A stretch of 64,000 nt of DNA. Source: Phoronis australis. Its lineage: Eukaryota > Animalia > Phoronida. Both the position numbers and the translations under genes were made by a program. The DNA is taken from assembly GCA_002633005.1 (NCBI GenBank), contig NMRA01000771.1, positions 93,104 to 157,103 on the forward strand, given 5' to 3'. A model generated the notes under the pieces. The model was not told the DNA's origin, searched no databases, and was given only the letters and a program-made list of their open reading frames with translations. Numbering within the stretch: position 1 is the first letter of the stretch; each line of letters begins with the position of its first letter. This document shows, piece by piece, positions 37,021 to 49,424 of this stretch.

Positions 37021-38490
37021 GCTTGTCGACGGTGTTTCCAGCGTTATTTTGTTTTGTGTAGTAGCATAGCGTTATAGTTAAATTTTAATAGTTCACTTGA
37101 AGTAGCAAAAAGCTACCAGTTATTACCTTTAACATTCCTTTTAAAAATTTGTTTTTTTTCAGTCACTTCAAAACAAAAAATAAAAGAGACTGATCCAGGG
37201 ATACTCGTTCGCGGGTAGGTCTGTTCAGTTTCACCAAACTATGCTACCTTATTGTTATCTGTTGTGTTACGTTGATTATCTGTTTCTTTGTTAATTAAGT
37301 TGACAATTAGGGTACTCAACGCTCAGTTTTTTTTATTATTATTAGCTCATTTTGTTTTTTTTCGTTGTTTTGACTTTTTGCCAAAAATTGGCATTTTTCC
37401 TCACATGTTCCATGAGAACATGTTCCACTTGTGGGGTCAGGAAATTAACTTAAATTAAACTTTTATTGTTATTTTCATATGCTAATTTATCAATTTCCCC
37501 CAATTCCCTCAATCAAAAGTCAGTTTAGTGCAAAACAGAGCAAGAAAGTGCATTTGGTGTCTTTGCCTGTTAAATGGCCCTAATTCAAAAATCCAAGTTT
37601 TTGGGTGGGCACATGCAATTGGCTTGAAAAATCAAAACCGGTCATCGCTTCAAGTTTTAACTTTGCAAAATAGGTCAGCAGGTGGAGAGGAACTATTCTG
37701 AAAAAAATTTGGAAAATGTGATTTTATTTAAAAAAAAATGGCAAAATTTCAAGTTTGAAATATTTCAAAGTTTTGGCACTAATTCTTCTCTCTGTCACAA
37801 ATCAAAGTGAGAACAATAGTTTTTGTTGAATATTTTTTCATTTTTTTGTAAAAATTTAAGAAAGAATTGTATGTGACTGTGTACTTGGACCAGCTGGTGG
37901 CACAGGAGCCCGGCAGCTGGGTGTAGATGTGGTGCTTGCGATTAACTNGGTGGGCACATGCAATTGGCTTGAAAAATCAAAACCGGTCATCGCTTCAAGT
38001 TTTTACTTTGCAAAATAGGTCAGCCGGTGGAGAGGAACTATTCTGAAAAAAATTTGGAAAATGTGATTTTATTTAAAAAAAATGGCAAAATTTCAAGTTT
38101 GAAATATTTCAAAGTTTTGGCACTAATTCTTCTCTCTGTCACAAATCAAAGTGAGAACAATAGTTTTTGTTGAATATTTTTTCATTTTTTTGTAAAAATT
38201 TAAGAAAGAATTGTGTGTGACTGTGTACTTGGACCAGCTGGTGGCACAGGAGCCCGGCAGCTGGGTGTAGATGTGGTGCTTGCGATTAAATTTAGACACT
38301 CATTAATGCATTTCAAATGACAATTTAATGTTCATCAGCAACAATGTGCTACAGTGCAATTAAAAACAACTACAAAACATGCTTTTACAGGTACAACAAC
38401 CCTCTCTCTGCCATGGCCAGTGCATTCTTCCAAGCTTTTAAGTTCCATTTTTCCATTTGTCGTTTGGTTTTTGCTTTGGCTAAAAAACAG

Positions 38491-39508
38491 TTAGTAACTA
38501 AGTCCGTAGCTGTGGTCAGTAGCACTAGTAGATGCCGTGTTTTCCATACTGTACACAGATTTGTCAAACATATTCGTGTTGGCCATCCTCTCCCTTAGGT
38601 AGTACCTGGCCTTTTTGTATTGTTGACTCGACTTTCGTGTGGCATGATAAAGCCTTCTGCAGTCCACATTTCTCAACTTTCTTTTCATGGCACTGTTTTC
38701 AGGCGCGGATAGTCCTGATGCCTCGGCCAGCTTCACCGTGGATTTCCCTCGTCACAGGGTTCTGGAATGTATGGCTGAATGGCACAGACCCGTGAAATTC
38801 CATGTGTATCGCGAAGTTTTTGGTGCGTATGCTTAAACTGTTGCATTTAAACTTTCGCAAATGTTCGTGTTGAATAGATACTTCATATCTGCTAGCTGTT
38901 CCTGGTTGAAGTAGGAGTTGATTTTTGTTTGAATTGTTTTCAAGTCTTTTTCACTGAGTTCTAGATGCCGGTCATAACGCAAGTGGCTTGTTGTATAGTT
39001 GCTATGATGTGCAATGCACACAGATGATAGCTCGCGACATTGCTGGTGCTGTCCTGAAAAACAGCTAGTAACATTGTTCACTGCTGCAGCTCCAATTTTT
39101 AAAAATTCATCTTTTCCGATTTTTCTGTTTTTTAGGTTGATGAGCTCTTTTTGTACCCTAGATCGCACTGCAGATGAAAGTTTCTTCTTATAACCGGTCT
39201 TGTTATGTGTCCTGGGCAAACTTTTCAAGTCCGCTTCGTTTACACTCCTTCCCATTCGCCTCAACCTGTGAATGAAGCATTTGTAGTGTTTGGGTTTTTT
39301 GTTTTTTGCACTGTAGAAATCACGGATGGCCTTTGCCTCTTGACTACTGGCATCAGTCGTAATGCTTCTGATATTCAGGTCCACACCACTGTTTTCCACT
39401 GATCTGAGGCTGGCTTGTAACAGTGTGCGTTCACTTGATGCAATTGATTTTTCAGCTGGGTAGTTTTTGCTGCAGTCTTCATGCTTGCACCTGGGAATCC
39501 TGCAGTGT
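38491..39508 (-). pseudogene. partial transposase copy
   Basis: ORFs 38833-39399 and 38491-38736 match the 621 aa protein, with an in-frame stop at 38833. Confidence 0.85.
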
Positions 39509-39582
39509 TACGGATGATTTGCAGGTTAACTGTGTTCATTATGTATTTTAAATGTGAGGTCTTTTGTTTTGCTTAGCGTTAN

Positions 39583-40141
39583 GAGGAAATAGGTTTTTCA
39601 TTTGAGGGGAAATATGCAGTGTAGAAAGATGTTTTTTGAAGACGTGGCTAATTCCGTTAAAACATGGATTGAACATAGTTATGAAAGGTATTCTATTAGT
39701 AGTATTGCCTTTAGTTTTAGTTCTTAAAGATTCATTTCGAGTAATTGAGCGGACTTTGTCAAACTGTTTGTGTATAAGATGCAAGGGGAAATGACGTTGA
39801 ATTAGATACTATCTAATTCAACTAGATACTATCTAATTCAACGTCATTTCCCCTTGCATCTTATACACAAACAGTTTGACAAAGTCCGCTCAATTACTCG
39901 AAATGAATCTTTAAGAACTAAAACTAAGGCAATACTACTAATATAGAACACCTTTCATAACTATGTTCAATCCATGTTTTAACGGAATTAGCCACGTCTT
40001 CAAAAAACATCTTTCTACACTGCATATTTCCCCTCAAATGAAAAACCTATTTCCTCATCCCCGTATAATTTCTTGGAGAAAATGTAAAAATCTAAAAAAT
40101 TATTTAGTTAAAGCTAATATCGACAATATACACCAAACTGA
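39583..40141. mobile_element. Penelope-like fragment present as a fold-back palindrome
   Basis: NRIPFITMFNP...LHISPQMKNLFP..IISWRKCKNLKNYLV resembles the Penelope RT-to-endonuclease linker. 39583-39808 is the reverse complement of ~39830-40056. Confidence 0.65.
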
Positions 40142-40149
40142 NTGTTGGC

Positions 40150-40785
40150 TTTAGTTGTGCATCGGCAAGGAAGTGGTGTTTTTGGGATGAGAAGTGCCAA
40201 TTTTGCATTTCTTTACCCCTATTTTTCTTGGTCTAACTTGGTTTTCAGTGGGAGCGAAAGGGTTAAAAGTACAAGAGAGAATAAAGTTTCTGCGCTCATC
40301 TGTAGGGCTTTTTATGTGAAATAACTGTAAACATGTCATTCTTTGCATCCTGTTTTTGACAGAGTAAAGAAAAGTTGACAAACCAAATGATGTGTGTTTT
40401 GCTGTGCAAAACCCAGTGAGAACTGTTCTGTACCTCCTTAAAAGAAATGGCAAAATTTCAACTTTGAAATATTTCAAAGTTTTGGCACTAATTGTTCTCT
40501 CTGACACAAATCAAAGTCAGGACAATAGTTTTTGTTGACTATTTTTTCATTTTTTTGTAAAAATTGAAGAAAGAATTGTGTGTGACTGTGTACTTGGACC
40601 AGCTGGTGGCACAGGAGCCCGGCAGCTGGGTGTGGATGTGGTGCTTGCGATTAACTTCAGACAATCATTAATGCATTTCAAATGACAATTTAATATTCAT
40701 CAGCAACAGTGTGCTACAGTGCAATTATATGCAACTACAAAATATGATTTTACTGGTACAACAACCCTCTCTCTCTGCCATGGCC
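40150..40785. mobile_element. diverged relative of the Kolobok terminal module plus start of internal segment
   Basis: Aligns to 30515-31145 with many substitutions and retains CTGTTCTGTACCTCC|TTAA at ~40437. Confidence 0.75.
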
Positions 40786-41091
40786 GCAATCGGGCAAATC
40801 ACAATCAAGGTCCATATTCGGTGGTCACTTTTGGTGAAAGATGAAGGATGTCATATAACTGTAAAAGCTGGGTTATTTTAAAGTACCATCATTCCAGGTT
40901 TGCAATCTAAAATATTTTTGCATAAGAACCACCGAATAAAATTTTATGGCTTAATGCATCCCAATTGCATAAAAGCTAGGGTACATACACTACAGCTTGT
41001 GGTCACAGCCCACTTCTATCATGCAAAAATTTATAAGGTAGCTGTTAATTTAGTAAGTTCTTGATCAAATTGAAGACGTATCACATACTAA

Positions 41092-41200
41092 CAGGGCTCG
41101 ACGCTGTTAAAATAGCCAGGTCGCATTTTGCGACTTAGCCAGAATCCCAGGTCGCAGTTCCAAAATCCAGCTCGCATTCATAAATGCCAGGTCGCAAAAT
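41092..41200 (+). mobile_element. hAT-like terminus with subterminal repeats
   Basis: CAGGGCTCG start followed by four CCAG(G/C)TCGCA motifs. Confidence 0.4.
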
Positions 41201-41341
41201 TTTCGCGCCATTTTTACGTGCCAAAGTTGATTTTTAGATCATCGAGAAAATGTTTAGATTTCAGATGACAAATTTCAGATCCCAAAACTGACTTCGTTCA
41301 TGAAGGTACGGCGTTAGCCTATTAATCTTCACGACCGCTAN

Positions 41342-44300
41342 GGCCAGTTTCACCGTGGATTTCCCTTGTCCCAGGGCTCTGGAATGTATGGCTGAATGGC
41401 ACAGCCCCGTGAAATTCTGTGTGTATCGCGAAGTTTTTGGTGCGTATGCATAAACTGCTGCATTTAAACTTTCGCAAATGTTCGTGTTGAATAGATATTT
41501 CATATCTGCTTGCTCTTCCTGGTTGAAGTAGGAGTTGATTTTTGTTTGAATTGTTTTCAAGTCTTTTTCACCGAGTTCTAGATGCCGGTCATAAGGCAAA
41601 TGGGTTGTTGTATAGTTGCTATGATGTGCAATGCACACAGATGATAGCTCGCGACATTGCTGGTGCTGTCCTGAAAATCAGCTAGTAACATTGTTCACTG
41701 CAGCAGCTCCCAATTTTTAAAAATTTATCTTTTCCGATTTTTCTGTTTTTTAGGTTGATGAGCTCTTTTTGTACACTAGATCGCACAGCAGATGAAAGTT
41801 TCCTCTTATAACCGGTCTTGTTATGTGTCCTGGGCAAACTTTTCAAGTCTGCNGCTGGTGCTGTCCTGAAAAACAGCTAGTAACATTGTTCACTGCAGCA
41901 GCTCCAATTTTTAAAAATTCATCTTTTCCTATTTTTCTGTTTTATAGGTTGATGTGCTCTTTTTGTACCCTAGATCGCACTGCAGATGAAAGTTTCCTCT
42001 TATAACGGGTCTTGTTATGTGTCCTGGGCAAACTTTTCAAGTCCGCTTCGTTTACACTCTTTCCCATTCGCCTCAACCTGTCAATGAAGCATTTGTAGTG
42101 TTTGGGTTTTTTGTTTTTGCACTCTAGAAATCACGGATGGCCTTTGCGTCTTGACTACTGGCATCGGTCGTAATGCTCCTGATATTCAGGTCCACACCAC
42201 TGTTTTCCACTGATCTGAGGCTGGCTTGTAACAGTGTGCGTTCACTTGATGCAATTGATTTTTCAGCAGGGTAGTTTTTGCTGCAGTCTTCATGCTTGCA
42301 CCCGGGAATCCTGCAGTGTTTGTTCGCCGTGGCAAGGGCCAGTGGAAGTTTTCGGGTTGTTGTGTACTCCACAAGTCCCCCGAAGCTCTGTTTAGCTTTC
42401 TCGCATCAACCCTGTGGCGTACTGGAGTAGGAAACGTCAAACTGAACGTCTGCAACACCTTCCCCGCCAGCCAGAGTGGTGACTTTCTTAACGTAGCACT
42501 GGTTCTCAATCATTTGTTCTTCGTTCAATTGAGTTACTGTTTGGCTCATGGCATTCATTTTATTCTGCAGGCTGCGATTGGATGGTGGCACAATATTCAA
42601 GCATGTCAGAATGTTGATTACATCCTCGATTCCCACTTTTGACTTTAGCACAGGCAGTACAGCCTGGCTGTTCAAGGTTCCTGCCCGGGTGAGAATTTTA
42701 CACGTTTGACACGCTTTTGAGCGTGTCAAACGTGTAAAAAACGTGTCAAAATTGCCACGTTAACGTGTAAAACGTGTAAAAACATGACACGCTAGCGTGT
42801 CAAACGTGTAAAATTTGGCACGTTAGCGTGTCAAACGTGTAAAATTTGCCACGTTAACGTGTCAAACATGTAAAATTTGACACGCTAGCGTGTCAAACGT
42901 GTAAAATTTGCCACGTTAGCGTGTCAAACGTGTAAAGTTTGCCACGTAAACGTGTCAAACGTGTAAAGTTTGACACGCTAGCATATCAAACGTGTAAAAT
43001 GTGACACGCTACGGTGTCAAACGTGTAAAATTTTACACGCTAGCGTGTCAAACGTGTAAAATTTTGACACGCTAGCGTGTCGAACGTGTAAAATATGATA
43101 GAACTCTTCAATAAAGATACAATTTAAATAGGCTTGGCAGTTCTGAAAAGGCCACTGGGAGGTAATCACCCTATTTGAATGATTAAACATGTTCCCTTAA
43201 TAACATCAAAGAGTTTGCAACAAAAGTTTTCACTGCCTATTCAAATATCCAAATACTGAGTTAGAGTTGGTTTAGCTGTCAGAGAGTGCAGTCGTGTCGG
43301 GAGAGCACTTATGAAGTATGGTTTTCGAGTGTGGCGCAGCTGTAACAGAAGTTTAGTATGTATATACTCTGGTTGACAGTGGCTTGATAAACTTTTCTTG
43401 CAAATGGTCCTTCTTTTTACAGGTAAGTTTGATTTTAACAGAAAACAAAAGTCAGTAGAAACTGTTGACTATGCAGTTAATTAATATATGAAGTTGGAAC
43501 GCCTCTCATCTTCAGTTGTATCTCAATTCATAATGTTGTTGTTATTGGATCAACTCACATTTTGTGTCAGCTTGAATGAGGGTAAGGCATAGAGGTTTGG
43601 GCTGCAAAATCAGCATGAACTCAATGTTATGACAAATGTTGAATCACTCTTGGTAATTCAAAGATGTTACAAAGTGCGTCTGTTCTTTACTTCATAAACT
43701 GTCTTCAAGCAACTGGCCTGACTCAAAAGCTTAGACTTACATGCATATATATAGCAGCTTAAGCACTTCAAATTTGTATGTTGAACCATTTTCTTATCTC
43801 TGTGTTAATGTTATTCTAGATGAAATGAAATTTAGTGACAATAGTATGTGGTAAGAGTTGGATAGTTACATTATCCTTTTAATGATTCTATATCATTATC
43901 ACATTTTGGATTATTTACATCAACAGTAACAATAAACTGTGACTTAAAGAAGAAATCCCTTTATAAATTTGCTTTCAGTATGGATTCCCATGGTGGAAGG
44001 TGAGCTGCTATAAACAAGAACATTATGGCTTGTACACGGCCTCAGGCTAAATGTAGGGTCACTACCATGGCAATGACAGATTACAGGCTAGCGTGTCAAA
44101 AGCGCCACGTTTGACACACTAGGGTGTCAAAAGTGCCACGTTTTTGCCACGTTTTGGCAAGCCACATTCGACACGCTATCGCCACGTTTGACACGCTAGC
44201 GTGTCAAACGTGACGTGCCAAAACGTGCCAAAAACGTGCCACGTTTTTGCCACGTTTTGGCACGCCACGTTCGACACGCTATCGCCACGTTTGACATGCT

Positions 44301-44946
44301 AAGCGTGTCAAACGTGTCAAGAACGTGTCAAAAACGTGTAATTTTCGTTCCAATACTCCACGTTTGACACGCTACATTTTACACGTTTGACACGCCACGT
44401 TTTACACGTTCAACACGTTTTTAGAGCGTTCCGATACTCCACGTTTTTAGAGCGTGTCAAACGTGTCAAATTTTCACCCGGGTGCTGGTGGCCCAGTCGT
44501 CTGCTTCTTGACCTCATCGGACAATGGCACAGTGGGCGATTTTATATTTGCAAACTCTGNGGCAATACAGCCTGGCTGTTCACAGTGGCACAGTGGGCAA
44601 TTATATTTGCAAACTGCAGTGCAATGATGCATAGTCTTTTTTCAACAGTTAGTTCTAGTTTTCCAAATCTGCATGCAACCTGATGCACATGTCCCACCAG
44701 GCCTGTTAAGCGACGCACGTTAATGATGATATTCTCATCCAGTCCCTTGCTGTCACAAATTTTTCTTTCTTTTTCAGTACTTGGCCTAAACCTGTAAGCT
44801 GTCACAGCAGCATCACTGTCGGTTAGGTAGGTGACATCCTCAGTTTGAAATGTGTGAGACGCACAGCCCTGCAACCGTCTATTGCTGCCTCGGGCTGCCT
44901 TGGTATGCTGGAGCTGCAGCAGTCCATGTTGGAGGGACTGTGTCCT
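41342..44946 (-). pseudogene. transposase copy interrupted by a 1.8 kb MITE
   Basis: Sequence matches 31450-33018 on both sides of the 42684-44482 insertion. Confidence 0.85.
42684..44482. mobile_element. non-autonomous EnSpm/CACTA(CMC)-like element
   Basis: TIRs CCCGGGTGAGAATTTTACACGTTTGACACGCT ... AGCGTGTCAAACGTGTCAAATTTTCACCCGGG. The TSD is 2 bp (TG), judged against the empty site at ~32595. Both ends carry ~400 bp arrays of CGTGTCAAACGTGT motifs. Confidence 0.85.
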
Positions 44947-45094
44947 TTTTATGCGCCCACATATTTATATGTGGACGCATTATGCCGTCATCTCTGTCCG
45001 TCCGTCCGGGCGGCGTCCGTCCGGCGTCCGGTGTCCGCTGCTCTATCTCCAAAACCCTTTGACATACGTTCATGAAATTTGGCACATATGTTCC
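44947..45094 (+). mobile_element. Helentron-associated HINE/DINE-1-like element end
   Basis: Inserted in a T-run. It has the hairpin ATGCGCCCACATA-TTT-ATATGTGGACGCAT, a (GTCC)n microsatellite, and then ATCTCCAAAACC...GAAATTTGGCACA. Confidence 0.65.
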
Positions 45095-45146
45095 NTTGAT
45101 TGTGATTTAGCATATAGTTATCAATCCACTCTAGCTTCTTGTCTTA

Positions 45147-45802
45147 GGTGGCACTGAATAGTTAGGCTGCGGCCGCGGCCAATTTGCCAAAATAAAGAAA
45201 TTTTGGGGTAGGCCAAGTTTGGGGGCATTTTGTAGGTGGGCATTGCACGTAGGCTCAGTGAATGTGGTTTGTTTGTATTTGTGAACATGCTGTGAATAAA
45301 AAAAGACCACTTTCTTGGCTGTAGCTGCACTCTTCTTCAAGATGGCGGCCCCCGGCTGCAATTGTGCATTGTTGGGTAGCGACCGAGAAAGTGGCTGTGA
45401 TTTTAGGTAGCCCTCAAACAAGCAAGAATTGCCAAAAAACTAGTTAGTTGACAGTACTTTTGGACCACATTTTCGGAATCGGTAGGAAATTTGCTTTCAG
45501 AGTCTAATGTTGGTTTTAGTCGTGCATCGGCAGGGAAGTGGTGTTTTTCGGGTGAAAAGTGCCGATTTTGCATTTTTTTGCCCTTATTTTTCTTCGTCTA
45601 GCTTGGTTTTCAGTGGGAATGAAATGGTCAAAAATACAAGAAAGAATAAAGTTTCTGTGCTGATCTGCTGGGCTTTTTATGTGAAATAATTGAAAACATG
45701 CCATTCTTTGCATCCTGTTTTTCACAGAGTGAAGAAAAGGTTACAAATCAAGTGATGTGTGTTTTGTTAGGCAAAACCCAGTGAGAACTGTTCTGTGCCT
45801 CC
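45147..45802. repeat. complete terminal module (LTDR-like, ~656 bp) with its own TIRs
   Basis: (A)GGTGGCACTGAATAG ... CTGTTCTGTGCCTCC(T) form a 13/16 inverted match. Flanks are CTTA and TTAA, followed by the internal segment. Ends are accurate to about 1 bp. Confidence 0.8.
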
Positions 45803-46373
45803 TTAAAAAAATGGCAAAATTTCAAGTTTGAAATATTTCAAAGTTTTGGCACTAATTCTTCTCTCTGTCACAAATCAAAGTGAGAACAATAGTTTTTGTT
45901 GAATAGTTTTTCATTTTTTTGTAAAAATTTAAGAAAGAATTGTGTGTGACTGTGTACTAGCTTGGACCAGCTGGTGACACTCATTAATGCATTTCAAATG
46001 ACAATTTAATGTTCATCAGCAACAATGTGCTACAGTGCAATTAAAAACAACTACAAAACATGCTTTTACAGGTACAACAACCCTCTCTCTGCCATGGCCA
46101 GTGCATTCTTCCAAGCTTTTAAGTTCCATTTTTCCAGTTGTCGTTTTGCTTTGGCTAAAAAACAGTTAGTAACTAAGTCCGTAGCTGTGGTCAGTAGCAC
46201 TAGTAGATGCCATGTTTTCCNCAACAATGTGCTACAGTGCAATTAAAAACAACTACAAAACATGCTTTTACAGGTACAACAACCCTCTCTCTGCCATGGG
46301 CAGTGCATTCTTCCAAGCTTTTAATTTCCATTTTTCCAATTGTCGTTTAGTTTTTGCTTTGGCTAAAATACAG

Positions 46374-49300
46374 TTAGTAACTAAGTCCGTAGCTGTGGTC
46401 AGTAGCATTAGTAGATGCCATGTTTTCCGTACTGTACACAGATTTGTCAAACATATTCGTGTTGGCCATCCTCTCCCTTAGGTTGTACCTGGCCTTTTTG
46501 TATTGTTGGCTCGACTTTCGTGTGGCATGATAAAGCTTTCTGCAGTCCACATTTCTCAACTTTTTTTCATGGCACTGTTTTCAGGCACCGATAGTCCTGA
46601 TGCCTTGGCCAGCTTCACCGTCGATTTCCCTTGTCCCAGGGTTCTGGAAGGTATGGCTGAATGGCACAGCCCCGTGAAATTCCGTGTGTATCGCGAAGTT
46701 TTTGGTGCGTATGCATAAACTGCTGCATNTCTGGAATGTATGGCTGAATGGCACAGACCCGTGAAATTCCGTGTGTATCGCGAAGTTTTTGGTGCGTATG
46801 CATAACTGCTGCATTTAAACTTTCGCAAATGTTCGTGTTGAATAGATACTTCATATCTGCTAGCTGTTCCTGGTTGAAGTAGGAGTTGATTTTTGTTTGA
46901 ATTGTTTTCAAGTCTTTTTCACTGAGTTCTAGATGCCGGTCATAAGGCAAGTGGCTTGTTGTATAGTTGCTATGATGTGCAACGCACACAGATGATAGCT
47001 CGCGACATTGCTGGGGCTGTCCTGAAAAACAGCTAGTAACATTGTTCACTGCAGCAGCTCCAATTTTTAAAAATTCATCTTTTCCGATTTTTCTGTTTTT
47101 TAGGTTGATGAGCTCTTTTTGTACCCTAGATCGCACTGCATGTGAAAGTTTCCTCTTATAACCGGTCTTGTTATGTGTCCTGGGCAAACTTTTCAAGTCC
47201 GCTTCGTTTACACTCTTTCCCATTCGCCTCAACCTGTGAATGAAGCATTTGTAGTGTTTGGGTTTTTTTGTTTTTGCACTCCAGAAATCACGGATGGCCT
47301 TTGCCTCTTGACTACTGGCATCAGTCGTAATGCTCCTGATATTCAGGTCCACACCACTGTNTAGCTAGTAACATTGTTCACTGCAGCAGCTCCAATTTTT
47401 AAAAATTCATCTTTTCCGATTTTTCTGTTTTTTAGGTTGATGAGATCTTTTTGTACCCTGGATCGCACAGCAGATGAAAGTTTCCTCTTATAACAAGTCT
47501 TGTTATGTGTCCTGGGCAAACTTTTCAAGTCCGCTTTGTTTACGCTCTTTCCCTTTCTCCTCAGTCTGTGAATGAAGCATTTGTAGTGTTTGGGTTCTTT
47601 TGTTTTTACACTGTAGAAATCACGGATGGCCTTTGCCTCTTGGCTACTGGCATCAGTCGTAATGCTCCTGATATTCAGGTCGACACCACTGTTTTCCACT
47701 GATCCGAGGCTGGCTTGTAACAGTGTGCGTTCACTTGATGCAATTGATTTTTCAGCTGGGTAGTTTTTGCTGCAGTGTTCATGCTTGCACCCGGGAATCC
47801 TGCAGTGTTTGTTCGCCGTGGCAAGGGCCAGTGGAAGTTTTCGGGTTGTTGTGTGCTCCACAAGTCCCCCGANACTGCCACCTCTCTCAGATTTGCTACA
47901 CCAGGGGTGTGCCTAATTTCCGAGGGATCGCTATTTAACTGTCACTCTAATGACGTAGAATCTCAGTTGGTGTTTAACTATCTTATAGAAAATTCTTGCA
48001 TAACCGTGGGCGTGCCCATCCTCCGAGGAATCCCAACTATCACAGAGGTATGCATATCCCCTGGGAATCCTCCGAGGAATCTCAACTATCACAGAAGTAT
48101 GCATATCCCCTGGGAATAATTTAAGACATGCTTGCATGCACGTGGGAAACAGTGCCTCATTATATTACACGATTGGATGGTGGCACAATATTCAAGCATG
48201 TCAGAATGTTGATTACATCCTCGATTCCCACTTTTGACTTTAGCACAGGCAGTACAGCCTGGCTGTTCAAGGCTTTTGCTGGTGACCCAGTCGTCTGCTG
48301 CTTGACCTCATCGGACAATGGCACAGTGGGCGATTTATATTTGCAAACTCTGCAATGCAGTGATGCGTAGATACATAGTCCCAGTCTTTTTTCAACAGTT
48401 AGTTCTAGTTTTCGGAATTTGCATGCAACCTGATGCACATGTCCTACCAGGCCTGTTAAGCGACGCACATTAATGATGATATTCTCATCCAGTCCCTTGC
48501 TGTCACGAATTTTTCTTTCTTTTTCCGTACTTGGCCTAAACCTGTAAGCTGTCACAGCAGAATTCACTGTCAGTTAGGTAGGTGACATCCTTAGATTCGA
48601 AATGTGTGAGACGCACAGCCCTGCAACCATCTATTGCTGCCTCGGACTGCCTTGGTATGCTGGAGCTACAGTGGTACATGTTGGAGGGTCTGTGTCCTTT
48701 TTTAAATTGGCTTTTTCTTCTCCCTCTGCTCCTAGTGAAACTGCGTGTCTTTTCAGGATATATTGTGTGTGCTCACCACTCAACAGTTATGTTGTGAATG
48801 AAACTTGTGTTTTGTGTATCTTGCTTTTAATTGTCAAATAAAGTAGATAGTCACATAACAACATATGACGCGTTACCTACGACACACTTCCTATCCTAGG
48901 AATCGCATGGCATAATACCAATTAAGCTACTGAACTCATAAACAATNGGCCCAGTCGTCTGCTTCTTGACCTCATCGGACAATGGCACAGTGGGCGATTT
49001 ATATTTGCAAACTCTGCAATGCAAGGATGCATAGACACATAGTCCCAGTCCTTTTTCAACAGTTAGTTCTAGTTTTCCAAATTTGCATGCAACCTGATGC
49101 ACATGTCCTACCAGGCCTGTTAAGCGACGCACGTTAATGACGATATTCTCATCCAGTCCCTTGCTGTCACGAATTTTTCTTTCTTTTTCAGTACTTGGCC
49201 TAAACCTGTAAGCTGTCACAGCAGCATCACTGTCAGTTAGGTGGGTGACATCCTCAGCTTCGAAATGTGTGAGACGCAGAGCCTTGCAACCGTCTATTGC

Positions 49301-49424
49301 TGCCTCGGACTGCCTTGGTATGCTGGAGCTGCAGTGGTCCATGTTGAGGGTGTATGTCCCTTTTTAAATTGGCTTTTTCTTCTCCCTCTGCTCCTAGTGA
49401 AACTGCGTGTCTTTTCAGGATACA
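46374..49424 (-). pseudogene. overlapping transposase fragments separated by N-joins
   Basis: ORFs 46615-47352, 47343-47861, 48160-48567 and 48896-49342 match the 621 aa protein. Confidence 0.8.

Noticed and set aside
42700-43095. CRISPR-like regularly spaced repeats
   Set aside because: There are no unique spacers and no cas genes, the context is eukaryotic, and the repeats are subterminal arrays of a TIR element.
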